Shown piece by piece: positions 49,709 to 59,673 of a DNA stretch of 64,000 nt. The stretch is from Vicinamibacteria bacterium (GTDB lineage Bacteria > Acidobacteriota > Vicinamibacteria > Marinacidobacterales > Marinacidobacteraceae): contig CAXXLQ010000004.1 of assembly GCA_963668695.2 (NCBI GenBank), positions 864,001 through 928,000 on the forward strand, written 5' to 3'. The position numbers and the translations under genes are program-made. Numbering within the stretch: the stretch's first letter is position 1; each line of letters opens with the position of its first letter. The notes beneath the pieces were generated by a model. That model saw only the letters and a list, made by a program, of their open reading frames with translations, was not told the origin of the DNA and made no database searches.

Positions 49709-51140
49709 CTACCCCTGCCGCTCGAAGATCAGGTCGCGCACTCTCGCGGCGGTCACGGTGAAGCCGTTGACCCGACCCGCGCCGTCTCGAACGAAGCGCA
49801 CTTCGGGCAGGAACCACTGGTCGCCCGTGAAGGTGTCGGCACCGGTCGGTGAGAGCACGCTCGGGTCGTTGCGCCAATGGCTGGCCACGAGACGGCCCTC
49901 CGCATCGACTTCGAGATCGTAGGTGCTGTCCAGTTCAGGGCTGCGATAGCTGCCCGCGTACTCCTGCAACGCCTCGGCGGTCAGTTCGGGGCCTTCGGGG
50001 TCGGGCTCGGGCTCGGAGTCCTCCGGCTCGGGCCCTAAGAGATCGCCGATGTAGACCTCGGCCACCCTGCGAGCCCGCCCGGCAGGGATCGCAGTCCGAA
50101 ACGTTGCAGAAGACCGCGATCGAAAGGTTCTGCTCCGGGAAGCGCACGAAGTTGGTGCGGTAACCCACCCACGAACCCCCGTGACCGAAGGTCGGCAGCC
50201 CCCGATAGTCAGTCACCGTCAGGCCATGGGCGTAGTCCAGGGTGTCGCCGTTCGTGAGCACGCCCTGCTGCACCATCGTGTGAAGCACCTCCTCGCCGCC
50301 GACCTGCCCGGTCTCATAGTTGCGCATCCAGAGGATGAAGTCGTCGATGGTGGTGTGCAGCGACGAGGAAGCCAGCGCTGTGAGCTGATTGGGCATCCGC
50401 TGGAAGGCCTCGCCATCGGCGACCTTTGCGTAAGACTCCGCCCGGCCGGGCACGACCTCCAGGTAGTCGTCCGAGAAGTGGGTGCGGGTCATCCCGAGGG
50501 GCGCGAAGATCCGCGATTCGGTGTACTCGCGGAACGTCATCCCCGACTGCACCTCGATCACGCGCGCCAGCAGGTTGTAGGCCGTGTTCGAATAGGCGTA
50601 CTCCGAGCCGGGCGGGAAGTTGATCGCCTGCTGGCGGTAGAGCATCCGCAGGATCTTCTCGAACGAGATGACATCGGTGAAGCCGATCCCGCCGAGCGCC
50701 ATCGTGTGCGGCCAGTCGCGAATCCCGCTCGTGTGGTGGATCAGGTGGCGCGCCGTGATTACCGCGCCGAAGTCGGGCAGTTCAGGGACGTAGCCGCGCA
50801 CATCCGCATCGAGGTCGAGGTTGCCTTCGGATTCGAGAAGTAGAGCGGCCATGGCGCCGAACTGCTTGGATATCGACGCGATGTCGAAGACCGTTTCCGG
50901 CGTGATGGGGACGGCGTGATCGAGGTGCGCGGTGCCGTACCCGGCACGATGGACCACCTCACCATTCCATCGGACCCCCACCGCCGCCCCGGGCCGGTCG
51001 CCCCGAAGGTCGGCGAAGATCGCGTCGACTTCCGGATTGGTCGGACCGCCGGATCCGGTCGTAGTGGGGCCGCAGGCAGGGATGATCAGGAGGCTGAGCG
51101 CGGCCACCGTGGCTTGCGCGATCGAGGTTCTCCGCTTCAT
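49709..51140 (-). CDS. Serine hydrolase (beta-lactamase/class C-like) lipoprotein, apparent frameshift near 50080
   Basis: SISK (SxxK), YSN and HGG motifs; the C-terminal YAGSYRSPEL domain is in a shifted frame. Confidence 0.85.
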
Positions 51141-51314
51141 GGCTTCGTTTCCTTTCCGTCAGGATCCGGTGGTCCTGGCAGCCGCGCTCGCCACGACGGC
51201 GCTCGCCGCGGACCGCAAGGCTCAACGAGTCAGGATGACGACGCGGAAGGGCGATTGCAAGCGACGGATCAACGCGAATGTCCACCTCGTCCTGGCGCGC
51301 GAATTCCCGGCACG

Positions 51315-51406
51315 TGTCGCCAAATCACCCGGTAGATTATCGCCATATCACCCGCTGGACTATCGCCAAATATCCCTGTAAACTGTCGCCGAATCACCCC
51401 GTGGAC
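51315..51406 (+). repeat. 4 x 23-bp degenerate tandem repeat
   Basis: TGTCGCCAAATCACCCGGTAGAT / TATCGCCATATCACCCGCTGGAC / TATCGCCAAATATCCCTGTAAAC / TGTCGCCGAATCACCCCGTGGAC. Confidence 0.85.
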
Positions 51407-51453
51407 GGCCCCTCCGCGGTGCCTCGGAGGCGATACGGCTGCCAAACCCGATC

Positions 51454-52710
51454 ATGCGCTACCTGCCCCGCATCGTTGACTCCGAACTGTCGGACCGCCT
51501 GCAGGGAGCGGGGGCTGTCGTCATCGAAGGACCAAGAGCATGCGGCAAGACCTCGACGGCCCGCCGGCTTGCCGCGAGCGAAGCGCTGCTGGACACCGAC
51601 GGGAACGCACGCCGGATGGTGGACGCGGACCCGTCTGCGGCTCTTGCCGGCGCCATCCCCCGCCTCTTTGACGAATGGCAGGTTGCTCCTTCGATCTGGA
51701 ACCATGTGCGCCGGGCGGTGGATGATCGGAGCGAACCGGGCCAGTTCATCCTCACCGGGTCTGCCGTCCCCGCCGACGACGTCACCCGCCACACCGGCGC
51801 CGGACGTTTTTCCCGTCTCAGGATGCGTCCCATGTCGCTGTTCGAACTGGGTATTTCGAGCGGCGACAGTTCTCTCGGAGAACTGCTTGACGGCAACCGG
51901 CCACCCGCGAAGCCATCGGCGTTGACGGTCTCGTCGGTCGCGGAAGTCCTGTCGGTCGGCGGCTGGCCTGGAAACCTCGATGCGCCGATCGAACGGAACC
52001 TCCGCACCAACCGCGACTATCTTGAGGAGATTCGCCGGGTTGACCTTCCGCGCGTCGACGGAAAAACGCGGGATCCGGTCAGAGTCGGACGCCTGCTGCG
52101 TTCGCTGGCGCGGAACGTCGCCACTCCGGTCTCCGTGTCCCGCCTCGCTTCCGACGCCGGCGGATCGGACCGCGCGCTGAAAGCGGACACCGCTGCGGAC
52201 TACCTCGATGCTCTCGAGCGATTGATGGTGGTGGAAAACCAGCCTGCCTGGTCGCCGCATCTACGCTCGCGGACGGCGCTTCGGACGACGCCGGTCCGGC
52301 ACTTCACGGATCCATCGCTGGCGGTCGCGGCGCTCAAGGCAACCCCGGCACGGCTCATGAAGGACCTGCGATTCCTCGGCTTCCTCTTCGAGTCGCTGGT
52401 CGTCCGAGACCTGCGCATCTACGCGCAGGCCGCCGATGCCGAGGTCTTCCACTACCGCGAGAAAGACGGCCTGGAGGTAGACGCGATCGTGGATGCGGGA
52501 GACGGCCGTTGGGCGGCCTTCGAGGTCAAACTCGGCGACCGCTGGGTGGACGCTGGCGTGGCCAGTCTTCTCCGGCTCCGGGACCGGTTGCGAGGGAATC
52601 GGGATGGCTACAGCGAGCCCTCGGCGCTGTGTGTAATCGTTCCGGGCGGCGGCGGATACCGAATGGAGAACGGGGTCAGCGTCGTCCCAGTGGGCGCGCT
52701 CGGGCCGTAG
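51454..52710 (+). CDS. AAA_14 ATPase with DUF4143 (PD-(D/E)xK-like C-terminus)
   Basis: GPRACGKT, LFDEWQ, LTGS, DPSLA, GFLFES, EVDAIV...FEVK. Confidence 0.9.
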   Translation: MRYLPRIVDSELSDRLQGAGAVVIEGPRACGKTSTARRLAASEALLDTDGNARRMVDADPSAALAGAIPRLFDEWQVAPSIWNHVRRAVDDRSEPGQFILTGSAVPADDVTRHTGAGRFSRLRMRPMSLFELGISSGDSSLGELLDGNRPPAKPSALTVSSVAEVLSVGGWPGNLDAPIERNLRTNRDYLEEIRRVDLPRVDGKTRDPVRVGRLLRSLARNVATPVSVSRLASDAGGSDRALKADTAADYLDALERLMVVENQPAWSPHLRSRTALRTTPVRHFTDPSLAVAALKATPARLMKDLRFLGFLFESLVVRDLRIYAQAADAEVFHYREKDGLEVDAIVDAGDGRWAAFEVKLGDRWVDAGVASLLRLRDRLRGNRDGYSEPSALCVIVPGGGGYRMENGVSVVPVGALGP

Positions 52711-52790
52711 AAGTTCCTCTGCGCGGGTTGGGGGTTGCCGTCTTCCCGGCGGTTCCAGAAGATATCCCTCAGAAGCAGGAGGATGACGCG

Positions 52791-54710
52791 ATGAAGCACC
52801 TGGCATCGGTGGTCGCCGCCCTCGCCCTGGCACTCGTCGCCTGCGGTGGTTCGGACATCGACCCTCCGGAGGAAGCCGCGCCCGCGGAAGGCGTTTTCGC
52901 CACGATCGCCCCGTTCCAAAGTTACGGCCACGTCCACAGCGCCGACAACGTCGAGGCCATGCGGCCGCGCGTCATGGGCACGCACGGGGTGATCTCCTCG
53001 GGGCACTACCTGGCCACCCAGGCCGGGTACGACGTGCTCAAGGCCGGGGGCAACGCCTTCGACGCCGGAGTGACCGCCGGGATGGCGCTCAAGGTGCTCA
53101 AGATGGACTACGCGGGATGGACCGGGGTCGCGCCGCTCGTCCTCTACAGCGCCGCCGAGGACCGCGTGCTCACCCGGGTCGGGGCGGGGACCTCGCCCGC
53201 GCTCGCCACCCTCGACTACTTTCTCGAACACGGCAAGTCGCCCATCAACAACGCGCTGATTCCGGCGGACGTGGATGTCTGGCTCGCCGCTCTCGACCGC
53301 TTCGGCACCCTCAGCTTCAGCGAGGCCGCGCAGCCGGCGCTGCGCATCGCGGAGGAGGGCTATCACCTCTACAAGATGCAGAAGCGGATGATCGAGGACC
53401 ACCTGGACGGGATCCTCGCCTTTCCCTACAACCGCGACTTCTGGTTCCCTAACGGAGTCGGTGAGCAGCGTCTGGGCGACCTCATGGTGAACGCCGACCT
53501 GGGGCGGCTCATCCGCTACCTGATGGAGGCCGAGCGGCAGGCGCTGGCGGCGGGAGGAAGTCGTTCCGAAGGGATCGGCGCCGCCCGGGACGCCTTCTAC
53601 CGGGGCGACCCGGCCCGCGACGTGGACCGTTTCTTCCGGGAGCACGGCGGCATCGTCCGCTACGAGGACCTGGCGGGATACGAGAGTCGGTGGGAGGAGC
53701 CTCTCGGAACCAGCTTCAACGGCTACGACGTCCACACGGGCGCCGGATGGAGCCAGGGGCCGCGCATCATCCTGATGCTCAACATGCTGGAGAACTACGA
53801 CCTGCGCGCCCTCGGCTACAACACGCCGGAGTACATCCACCTCGTCTCGCAAGTGATCAACCTGGCGATGTCGGATGTCCACAAGTACGTCGGGGATCCG
53901 GATTTCGTGCCTGCTCCGGAGGGGCTGTACGGGAAGGCGTACGCGCGCGAGCGCATTGGGCTCATCGACGAGAAGAGCGCGTTTCAGGACATGCCTCCGT
54001 GGGGCGATCCGGAACGGATGGCGGCGGTGGCGGACGGCGCGCCGACGAGCTTCGTGGCGCCGATGTCGAATCGCACTACCCGGAGCCGCCGGGGATCGGA
54101 CGATGCCGATCGTGCAGCCCACTCCAGCGACACCTCCTCCCTGAATGTCATGGACGGGGAGGGCAACGTGTTTTCCTTCACCGAGAGCGATGGCCACACC
54201 TCCACCCCCATGATCCCGGGATGGGGATTCGGGCTGGGCGGCCGTATGTACCAGTTCAATCTGGACCCTGAGCTGGCCAACGTGATGGCGCCCGGGAAGC
54301 GCCCTCGCAATTCCAACGCGCCCCTGCTGGTGATGAAGGATGGCCAGCCCTTCATGGGGCTCTCCACCCCCGGCGGCGACCAGCAGTTGCAGTCTCTCCT
54401 GCAGGTCTTTCTGAACGTCGTCGTGTGGGGAATGTCCCCCGAGCAGGCCCTGGACCAGCCCCGTTTCGGCAGCTACAACTTTCCCGCCACCGGGAGCGAG
54501 GTGAACCAGAGTCCCGCCGTCCTCTACATGGAGGACCGGATCCCGGCCGAGACGGCCGAGGCGCTCAGCGCCATGGGCCACGACGTGCGCTCGTGGGGCC
54601 TGTGGAACTGGCGCGCTTGCGCTCCCACGGTGACCTGGCGCGACCCGGAAACCGGGGTGATGACCGCGGCGGGGGACGTGAGGCGGGAGACTGCGTCGCT
54701 CGGATTCTGA
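52791..54710 (+). CDS. Gamma-glutamyltransferase family lipoprotein
   Basis: GGNAFDAG, DTSSLNVMD (Thr nucleophile), PGKRP, TPGGDQQ. Confidence 0.9.
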   Translation: MKHLASVVAALALALVACGGSDIDPPEEAAPAEGVFATIAPFQSYGHVHSADNVEAMRPRVMGTHGVISSGHYLATQAGYDVLKAGGNAFDAGVTAGMALKVLKMDYAGWTGVAPLVLYSAAEDRVLTRVGAGTSPALATLDYFLEHGKSPINNALIPADVDVWLAALDRFGTLSFSEAAQPALRIAEEGYHLYKMQKRMIEDHLDGILAFPYNRDFWFPNGVGEQRLGDLMVNADLGRLIRYLMEAERQALAAGGSRSEGIGAARDAFYRGDPARDVDRFFREHGGIVRYEDLAGYESRWEEPLGTSFNGYDVHTGAGWSQGPRIILMLNMLENYDLRALGYNTPEYIHLVSQVINLAMSDVHKYVGDPDFVPAPEGLYGKAYARERIGLIDEKSAFQDMPPWGDPERMAAVADGAPTSFVAPMSNRTTRSRRGSDDADRAAHSSDTSSLNVMDGEGNVFSFTESDGHTSTPMIPGWGFGLGGRMYQFNLDPELANVMAPGKRPRNSNAPLLVMKDGQPFMGLSTPGGDQQLQSLLQVFLNVVVWGMSPEQALDQPRFGSYNFPATGSEVNQSPAVLYMEDRIPAETAEALSAMGHDVRSWGLWNWRACAPTVTWRDPETGVMTAAGDVRRETASLGF

Positions 54711-54714
54711 ACGG

Positions 54715-54865
54715 CCGGCAATCGTGAATCCCTTCGGGATTCGCAATTCGAGCTTTCTTCTTGTGAAAGGGGGACGGAAGCCCCTCTCTCAGACTTTCCC
54801 CCGGTCAGGCGGGCAGCGAACGAAGTTCGCTGCCGTTGTCTCTTGCGCGGGCGGCAGTACGCGCT
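54715..54865. repeat. Three-hairpin dispersed element, copy 2
   Basis: Homologous to 44508-44660. Confidence 0.75.
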
Positions 54866-55083
54866 AGTGGTGCGATGGCAAGAAAACGCCGACCTCTGGG
54901 CAGTCCTCCCGGTGGGGCCCGGCACAGCCCGCCGAAGGCGGGCGGGAGCGCGTACGGCTGATCAGGCAGATGGCGCGCAGGCGGGGGAAACCGCGCAACG
55001 CCGATCGTGAGACAGCGCGCGAACGGCTTGGAACGCCGACCTCCGGGCAGTCCTCCCGGTGGGGCCCGGCACACGCTGACCCA

Positions 55084-55160
55084 CGCGCCGTCTCATCTGT
55101 TGGGGGTACGTGCCGAGACGAAAGCCATCTCAACGGTTGGGGTCTTCGCCGCCGCGGCCC
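55084..55160. repeat. 77-bp direct repeat, left of the VapBC pair
   Basis: 73/77 identical to 55987-56063. Confidence 0.9.
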
Positions 55161-55232
55161 AAGCCCCCGGCACCTGTCCGGACTGGGAAAAGGCGTGACA
55201 CATCATGCCATCAAAATCAATAGAATGATGGC

Positions 55233-55481
55233 ATGATCCGAATGCAAGTTCAGTTCACTGGCGAACAGGCGGCCGCACTCAAAGAGGCGTCCCGAGCGCG
55301 AGGAAGGTCCATTTCGGATCTGGTTCGCGAATCGGTTACCCGCTTCCTGGCGCGGGATGCCGCACCGGGCCGGGTTGAACTGGTGCGGCTCGCCGAGGAG
55401 ATGCTGGGCGCCTTCAATTCCGGGATCCCCGACCTCGCGGAAGACCACGATCGGTATCTGGCGGAGGATCTCGACGATTGA
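55233..55481 (+). CDS. CopG/RHH antitoxin
   Basis: MIRMQVQFTGEQAAALK...SISDLVRESV...DLAEDHDRYL. Confidence 0.88.
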   Translation: MIRMQVQFTGEQAAALKEASRARGRSISDLVRESVTRFLARDAAPGRVELVRLAEEMLGAFNSGIPDLAEDHDRYLAEDLDD

Positions 55482-55888
55482 GCGTGTTCGTGGACACCTC
55501 GGCCTTCCTGGCGATGTTGGATCGAGCACAGCGAAGGCACGAGGAGGTGGCGAACGCCTGGAAGGGGGTCGTGGCGGCAGGCCGCCCGCTCGTCACTTCC
55601 AACTACGTTCTGGTCGAGTCGTTCGCACTCTTGCAGCGCCGGGTCGGAATGGAAGCGGTGCGGGTTCTGGTCGTCCGCTTTCTCCCGCTGCTGGAGACTG
55701 TGTTCGCGACCGACCAGGTCCACGCGGCGGCGACCTCCGCTTTCCTGACGGCCGACCGCCGGCGTCTGTCCTTCGTGGACTGCGTGAGCTTCGAACTGAT
55801 GCGACGCCGCGGGATCAATGAAGCTCTCTCGCTGGATGCCGACTTCCAGCGTGAGGGCTTCCGCCTTCTGCCGCGGTTCTCGGCCTAG
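55478..55888 (+). CDS. vapC: VapC PIN toxin
   Basis: VFVDTSAF, YVLVES, SFVDCVSF, LDADF. Confidence 0.9.
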   Translation: MSVFVDTSAFLAMLDRAQRRHEEVANAWKGVVAAGRPLVTSNYVLVESFALLQRRVGMEAVRVLVVRFLPLLETVFATDQVHAAATSAFLTADRRRLSFVDCVSFELMRRRGINEALSLDADFQREGFRLLPRFSA

Positions 55889-55986
55889 GCAAGGATCCGC
55901 CCCGGCCGCGGCTCCGAAGAAGACGCGCTCGTGAGAGGAAAGCGACGACATCGGGGGCCGCCGAGCGACGCGCAGGCGGGGAACGG

Positions 55987-56063
55987 CGCGCCGTCTCATC
56001 TGTTGGGGGTACGTGCCGAGACGGGAGCCATCCCAACGGTTGGGGTCTTCCCCGCCGCGGCCC
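55987..56063. repeat. 77-bp direct repeat, right of the VapBC pair
   Basis: Matches 55084-55160. Confidence 0.9.
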
Positions 56064-56240
56064 TGCGGGCCGCGGTGCCGGCCGGAGGCCGGCGTTCCAA
56101 GCCGTCCCCGCGCTTCTGCTCAAGCGGCAGTACGCGGTTTCGCGGCCCTGTCGGCCGCGGTGCCGGCCGGAGGTCGGCGGACAAGCCGTCCCCGCGCTTT
56201 TGCTCAGGTGGCGGTTCGCGGTGCCGACCGGTTTCGCGCG

Positions 56241-59200
56241 TCAGGTACCCGCCGGATGGAGGGCTCCCTCTTCCACCGACTCGACGCCGCGCTGACGTTT
56301 CGCGCGCCAGTCCGCGAGGGCCTCGGAAAAGCCGTCGAGGCTGTCGTAGGTGACCGGGACCACGATCAGCGTGAGGACCGTCGCAACAGTGAGTCCAAAG
56401 ATCACCGCGACGCCCATCGATGCCCAGAACTGCGAGCTCTCGCCGCCCGTGGAAACGGAGAGGCTAAAGAAGTCGATGTTGAGCCCGAGCGTCAGGGGAA
56501 CGAGTCCGAGGACCGTGGTCACGGCCGTCAGCAGGACCGGACGGAGCCGGATGGAGCCCGCCTCCACCACCGCATCGTGTCGGCTCAAACCTCGCTCCCG
56601 GAGCTGGCGGACAAAGTCGCAGAGGACGATCGCGTTGTTGACCACGATCCCGGCGAGCGAGATCACCCCGATGCCGGTCATGATGATCCCGAACGCGGTC
56701 CCGGTCAGCATCAAGCCCCAGAGCACGCCGATCACCGACAGGGCGACCGAGGTGATGATGGTGAGCGGCAGGATCAGCGAATCGAACTGGGTGACCAGCA
56801 CCATCATGATCAGCAGCAATGCGATGACAAAGGCCCGCGAGAGGAAGGCCGTCGCCTGCTGTTCCTCCTCGTTGGCGCCGGAGAACTCCCACCGGTAGCC
56901 GGGCGGCCAATCCATCGCGTCGAGTTCGGCGGCCACTTCCTCGCGCACGCCCGCCTCGGTGCGGCCGGATTCGCGGACCACGTCACCCTCGATCGTTGCC
57001 ACCCGGTTGAGGTCCACCCGGCGTACCGCCGCGGGACCAACGCCGTGCCTCAGCTTGGCGACGGTCCGGATGGGAACCGGGATTCCGTCCTCGTCGGGCA
57101 CGGTGAGCTCGCCGATGTCGTCCAGGGATGCCCGGGCCTCGGGCGCCAGCCGAACCCGGATGTCGTGCTCGTCCTCGCCGACCCGGTACTTCGAGGCCTT
57201 GGCGCCCATAATGCCGGTCTGCACGGTGGCGGCGATGATCTGGGTGTTGACGCCCGAGCGCATCGCCTCCTCCCGGTCCACCTCCACGCGGAGCTCGGGT
57301 TTCCCGCCCTCAAGGTCGTCGTCCAGGTTCACGAGCCCCTCGATGCCGCGGATTCGGGTCTTCACCTCCTCCGCGAGCCGGCCGATCTCGTCCAGCTCGT
57401 CCCCCAGGATACGGACCGAGACCGGAGCACCGGTGGGGGGGCCGTCCTGGGGAGCGTCCACCTTGATGTTGGCTCCCACGATGTCGGCGAGCCCCGCCCG
57501 CACCACCTCCATGGTGGTGAAGGTGTTGCGGACCTGACGGTCGGCGCGCTCATGCAGGTAGAGGGTGACCTGACTCTGGTTCGGACTCCCGCCGCTGCCT
57601 CCCGGACTCATGCTGACTCCCGTGGAGCCCACGTTCGCCACCTGGTGCTTCATGTCAACGGTGCCGGCGGTCAGTTCCTCGATGCGCCGAACGACCCCGT
57701 CGGACGCGTCGAGGCTGGAGCCGGCGGTCGTCTCGACATCGATGGAGATCTGCCGGGGCTCGACCTCCGGGAAGAGCTCCACACCCTTCCCGATCTGGGT
57801 ATAGATCCCGACCGTTCCAACCAGGATGGCGCACATCATCCAGATCCATCCGGAGCGGTGATCGGTGAGGTACGGCGACCAGCGGAAGGGACGGCGGATC
57901 AGGCTCCAGACGAACCAGCAGACCCCCTGGACCACGAACGCGAGCACGCCAAGGCCAGCGAACACCGCCACCGCCGGGAGCAGAGCGCTGGTCTGGAAAA
58001 ACATGCCGACCAGCGCGAGCGCCATACCGATTCCCAGGAACAGCACGAAACCCGCGGGGAGCGCCCAGTTCCGAAGGAACCAGGACCTGGTCCCCGAATC
58101 CGGACCCGGGTGGAGCGACCACTCGAGAAGGCGGCGGTAGGCACGGCGGAACGCGTGTTCTTCCGTGTTGGCCTTCTTGACCCCGTGCCGCGGCGGTTTC
58201 ATCAGATGGGCGCAAAGCGTCGGATTGATGATCAGCGCCACCACCAGCGACGCCGAAAGGCCGATGATGAGCGTCACCGGCAGGTAGGACATGAAGTCGC
58301 CGATGATCCCCGGCCAGATCAGCAGGGGTGAAAACGCGCAGAGGGTGGTGATGGTGGAGGCGATGACCGGGCGGGCCACCTCGACGGTGGCCTCGTAGGC
58401 GGCGTCCGGCCCCGCGTTGCCGTGCTCCCGGTGCCGGTAGATGTTCTCGACGATCACCACCGCGTTGTCCACCAGCATCCCGAGCATGAGGATGAGGCTG
58501 AACAGCACCATCATGTTGAGCGTGTAGCCGATCCAGCCCAGCACCAGGAACGAGGCCATCATCGAGAGCGGGATCGCCACTCCCACGAAGAAGGCGTTGC
58601 GGAGTCCCACGAACGCCATCAGGCACCCGATAACCAGCAGCAACCCGGAGATGACGTTGTTCTCCAGCTCGTTCACCATCCGCCGGATCTCGACGGAGAT
58701 GTCCCCCACCACCGCGGTGTTGATCCCTTCGGGGAGCATTTCGTCCCAACGCCCGAGCTCGGCGTTCACCAGGTCGGCGACTCCGACGAGGTTGGCGCCG
58801 GTGCGCTTTTCGACGCTCAGCGTGACCGAGGGCTCCCGATCCACCCGGGACCGGCTGGTCTCATCCTCGAAACCGAAGACCACCTCGGCCACATCGCGGA
58901 CGAAGACGGGATCGCCGTCCCTGACCTTGATCACGAAGTCCTCGATCTCGGACGGCAGCCGCACTTCCGCCGGGAGGCGGACCAGATACTCGAGTCCCCC
59001 CACCGCAATTTCGCCGCCGGGCACGTTCCGGTTCTCCCGGGCTACCGCGACGACGACGTCAGTGAGGCTGAGTTCGAAGAACGCCAGCCGCTTGGGGTCC
59101 ACCTGCACGTGGACCTCGCGTACCCGGCCGCCGATCACGTTGACCCGGTTGACCCCGGGCAGCGCCTCGAGATCCTCCTGGATCTCCTCGGCCACCTCGG

Positions 59201-59657
59201 TGAGCCGCTGGCTCCCGACCGGGCCCGAGAGCGTGATCATCATGATCGGGACCTGGGAGAAGTCCATGTCCTGGACCCGCGGGTCCTCGGCTTCGGGAGG
59301 AAGGTCGGATTTCGCCAGGGCCACCTTTTCGCGAACGCTCGCGAGCGCGGTCTCGAGATCCGTTTCCGGATTGAACTCGACCGCGATACTCGAGAGCCCC
59401 TCGCTCGTCGTCGAACTGATTTCCTTGATCCCGGAGACCGCTTTCAACTCGGTCTCGATGGGCCTGGTGACGAGCGTCTCCATGTCCGTCGGGCTGACGC
59501 CCGGATAGATCGTGTAGACGAGGATGAACGGGATCTCCACCTCGGGGAACGACTCCCGCGGCATGGAGACATAGACCCCCACCCCCCCGAGACAGAGGAT
59601 GAGGATCAGGAAATAGACCGACAGGCGATGCCGGATGGCGTACTTCGTGATGTTCAC
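56241..59657 (-). CDS. RND efflux permease (AcrB/AcrD/AcrF family)
   Basis: GMLVDNAVVIVENI, GIVVNNAIVL, RLRPVLLTA. Confidence 0.95.
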   Translation of the reverse strand: MNITKYAIRHRLSVYFLILILCLGGVGVYVSMPRESFPEVEIPFILVYTIYPGVSPTDMETLVTRPIETELKAVSGIKEISSTTSEGLSSIAVEFNPETDLETALASVREKVALAKSDLPPEAEDPRVQDMDFSQVPIMMITLSGPVGSQRLTEVAEEIQEDLEALPGVNRVNVIGGRVREVHVQVDPKRLAFFELSLTDVVVAVARENRNVPGGEIAVGGLEYLVRLPAEVRLPSEIEDFVIKVRDGDPVFVRDVAEVVFGFEDETSRSRVDREPSVTLSVEKRTGANLVGVADLVNAELGRWDEMLPEGINTAVVGDISVEIRRMVNELENNVISGLLLVIGCLMAFVGLRNAFFVGVAIPLSMMASFLVLGWIGYTLNMMVLFSLILMLGMLVDNAVVIVENIYRHREHGNAGPDAAYEATVEVARPVIASTITTLCAFSPLLIWPGIIGDFMSYLPVTLIIGLSASLVVALIINPTLCAHLMKPPRHGVKKANTEEHAFRRAYRRLLEWSLHPGPDSGTRSWFLRNWALPAGFVLFLGIGMALALVGMFFQTSALLPAVAVFAGLGVLAFVVQGVCWFVWSLIRRPFRWSPYLTDHRSGWIWMMCAILVGTVGIYTQIGKGVELFPEVEPRQISIDVETTAGSSLDASDGVVRRIEELTAGTVDMKHQVANVGSTGVSMSPGGSGGSPNQSQVTLYLHERADRQVRNTFTTMEVVRAGLADIVGANIKVDAPQDGPPTGAPVSVRILGDELDEIGRLAEEVKTRIRGIEGLVNLDDDLEGGKPELRVEVDREEAMRSGVNTQIIAATVQTGIMGAKASKYRVGEDEHDIRVRLAPEARASLDDIGELTVPDEDGIPVPIRTVAKLRHGVGPAAVRRVDLNRVATIEGDVVRESGRTEAGVREEVAAELDAMDWPPGYRWEFSGANEEEQQATAFLSRAFVIALLLIMMVLVTQFDSLILPLTIITSVALSVIGVLWGLMLTGTAFGIIMTGIGVISLAGIVVNNAIVLCDFVRQLRERGLSRHDAVVEAGSIRLRPVLLTAVTTVLGLVPLTLGLNIDFFSLSVSTGGESSQFWASMGVAVIFGLTVATVLTLIVVPVTYDSLDGFSEALADWRAKRQRGVESVEEGALHPAGT

Positions 59658-59673
59658 GACCCGTTCTCTTCGC

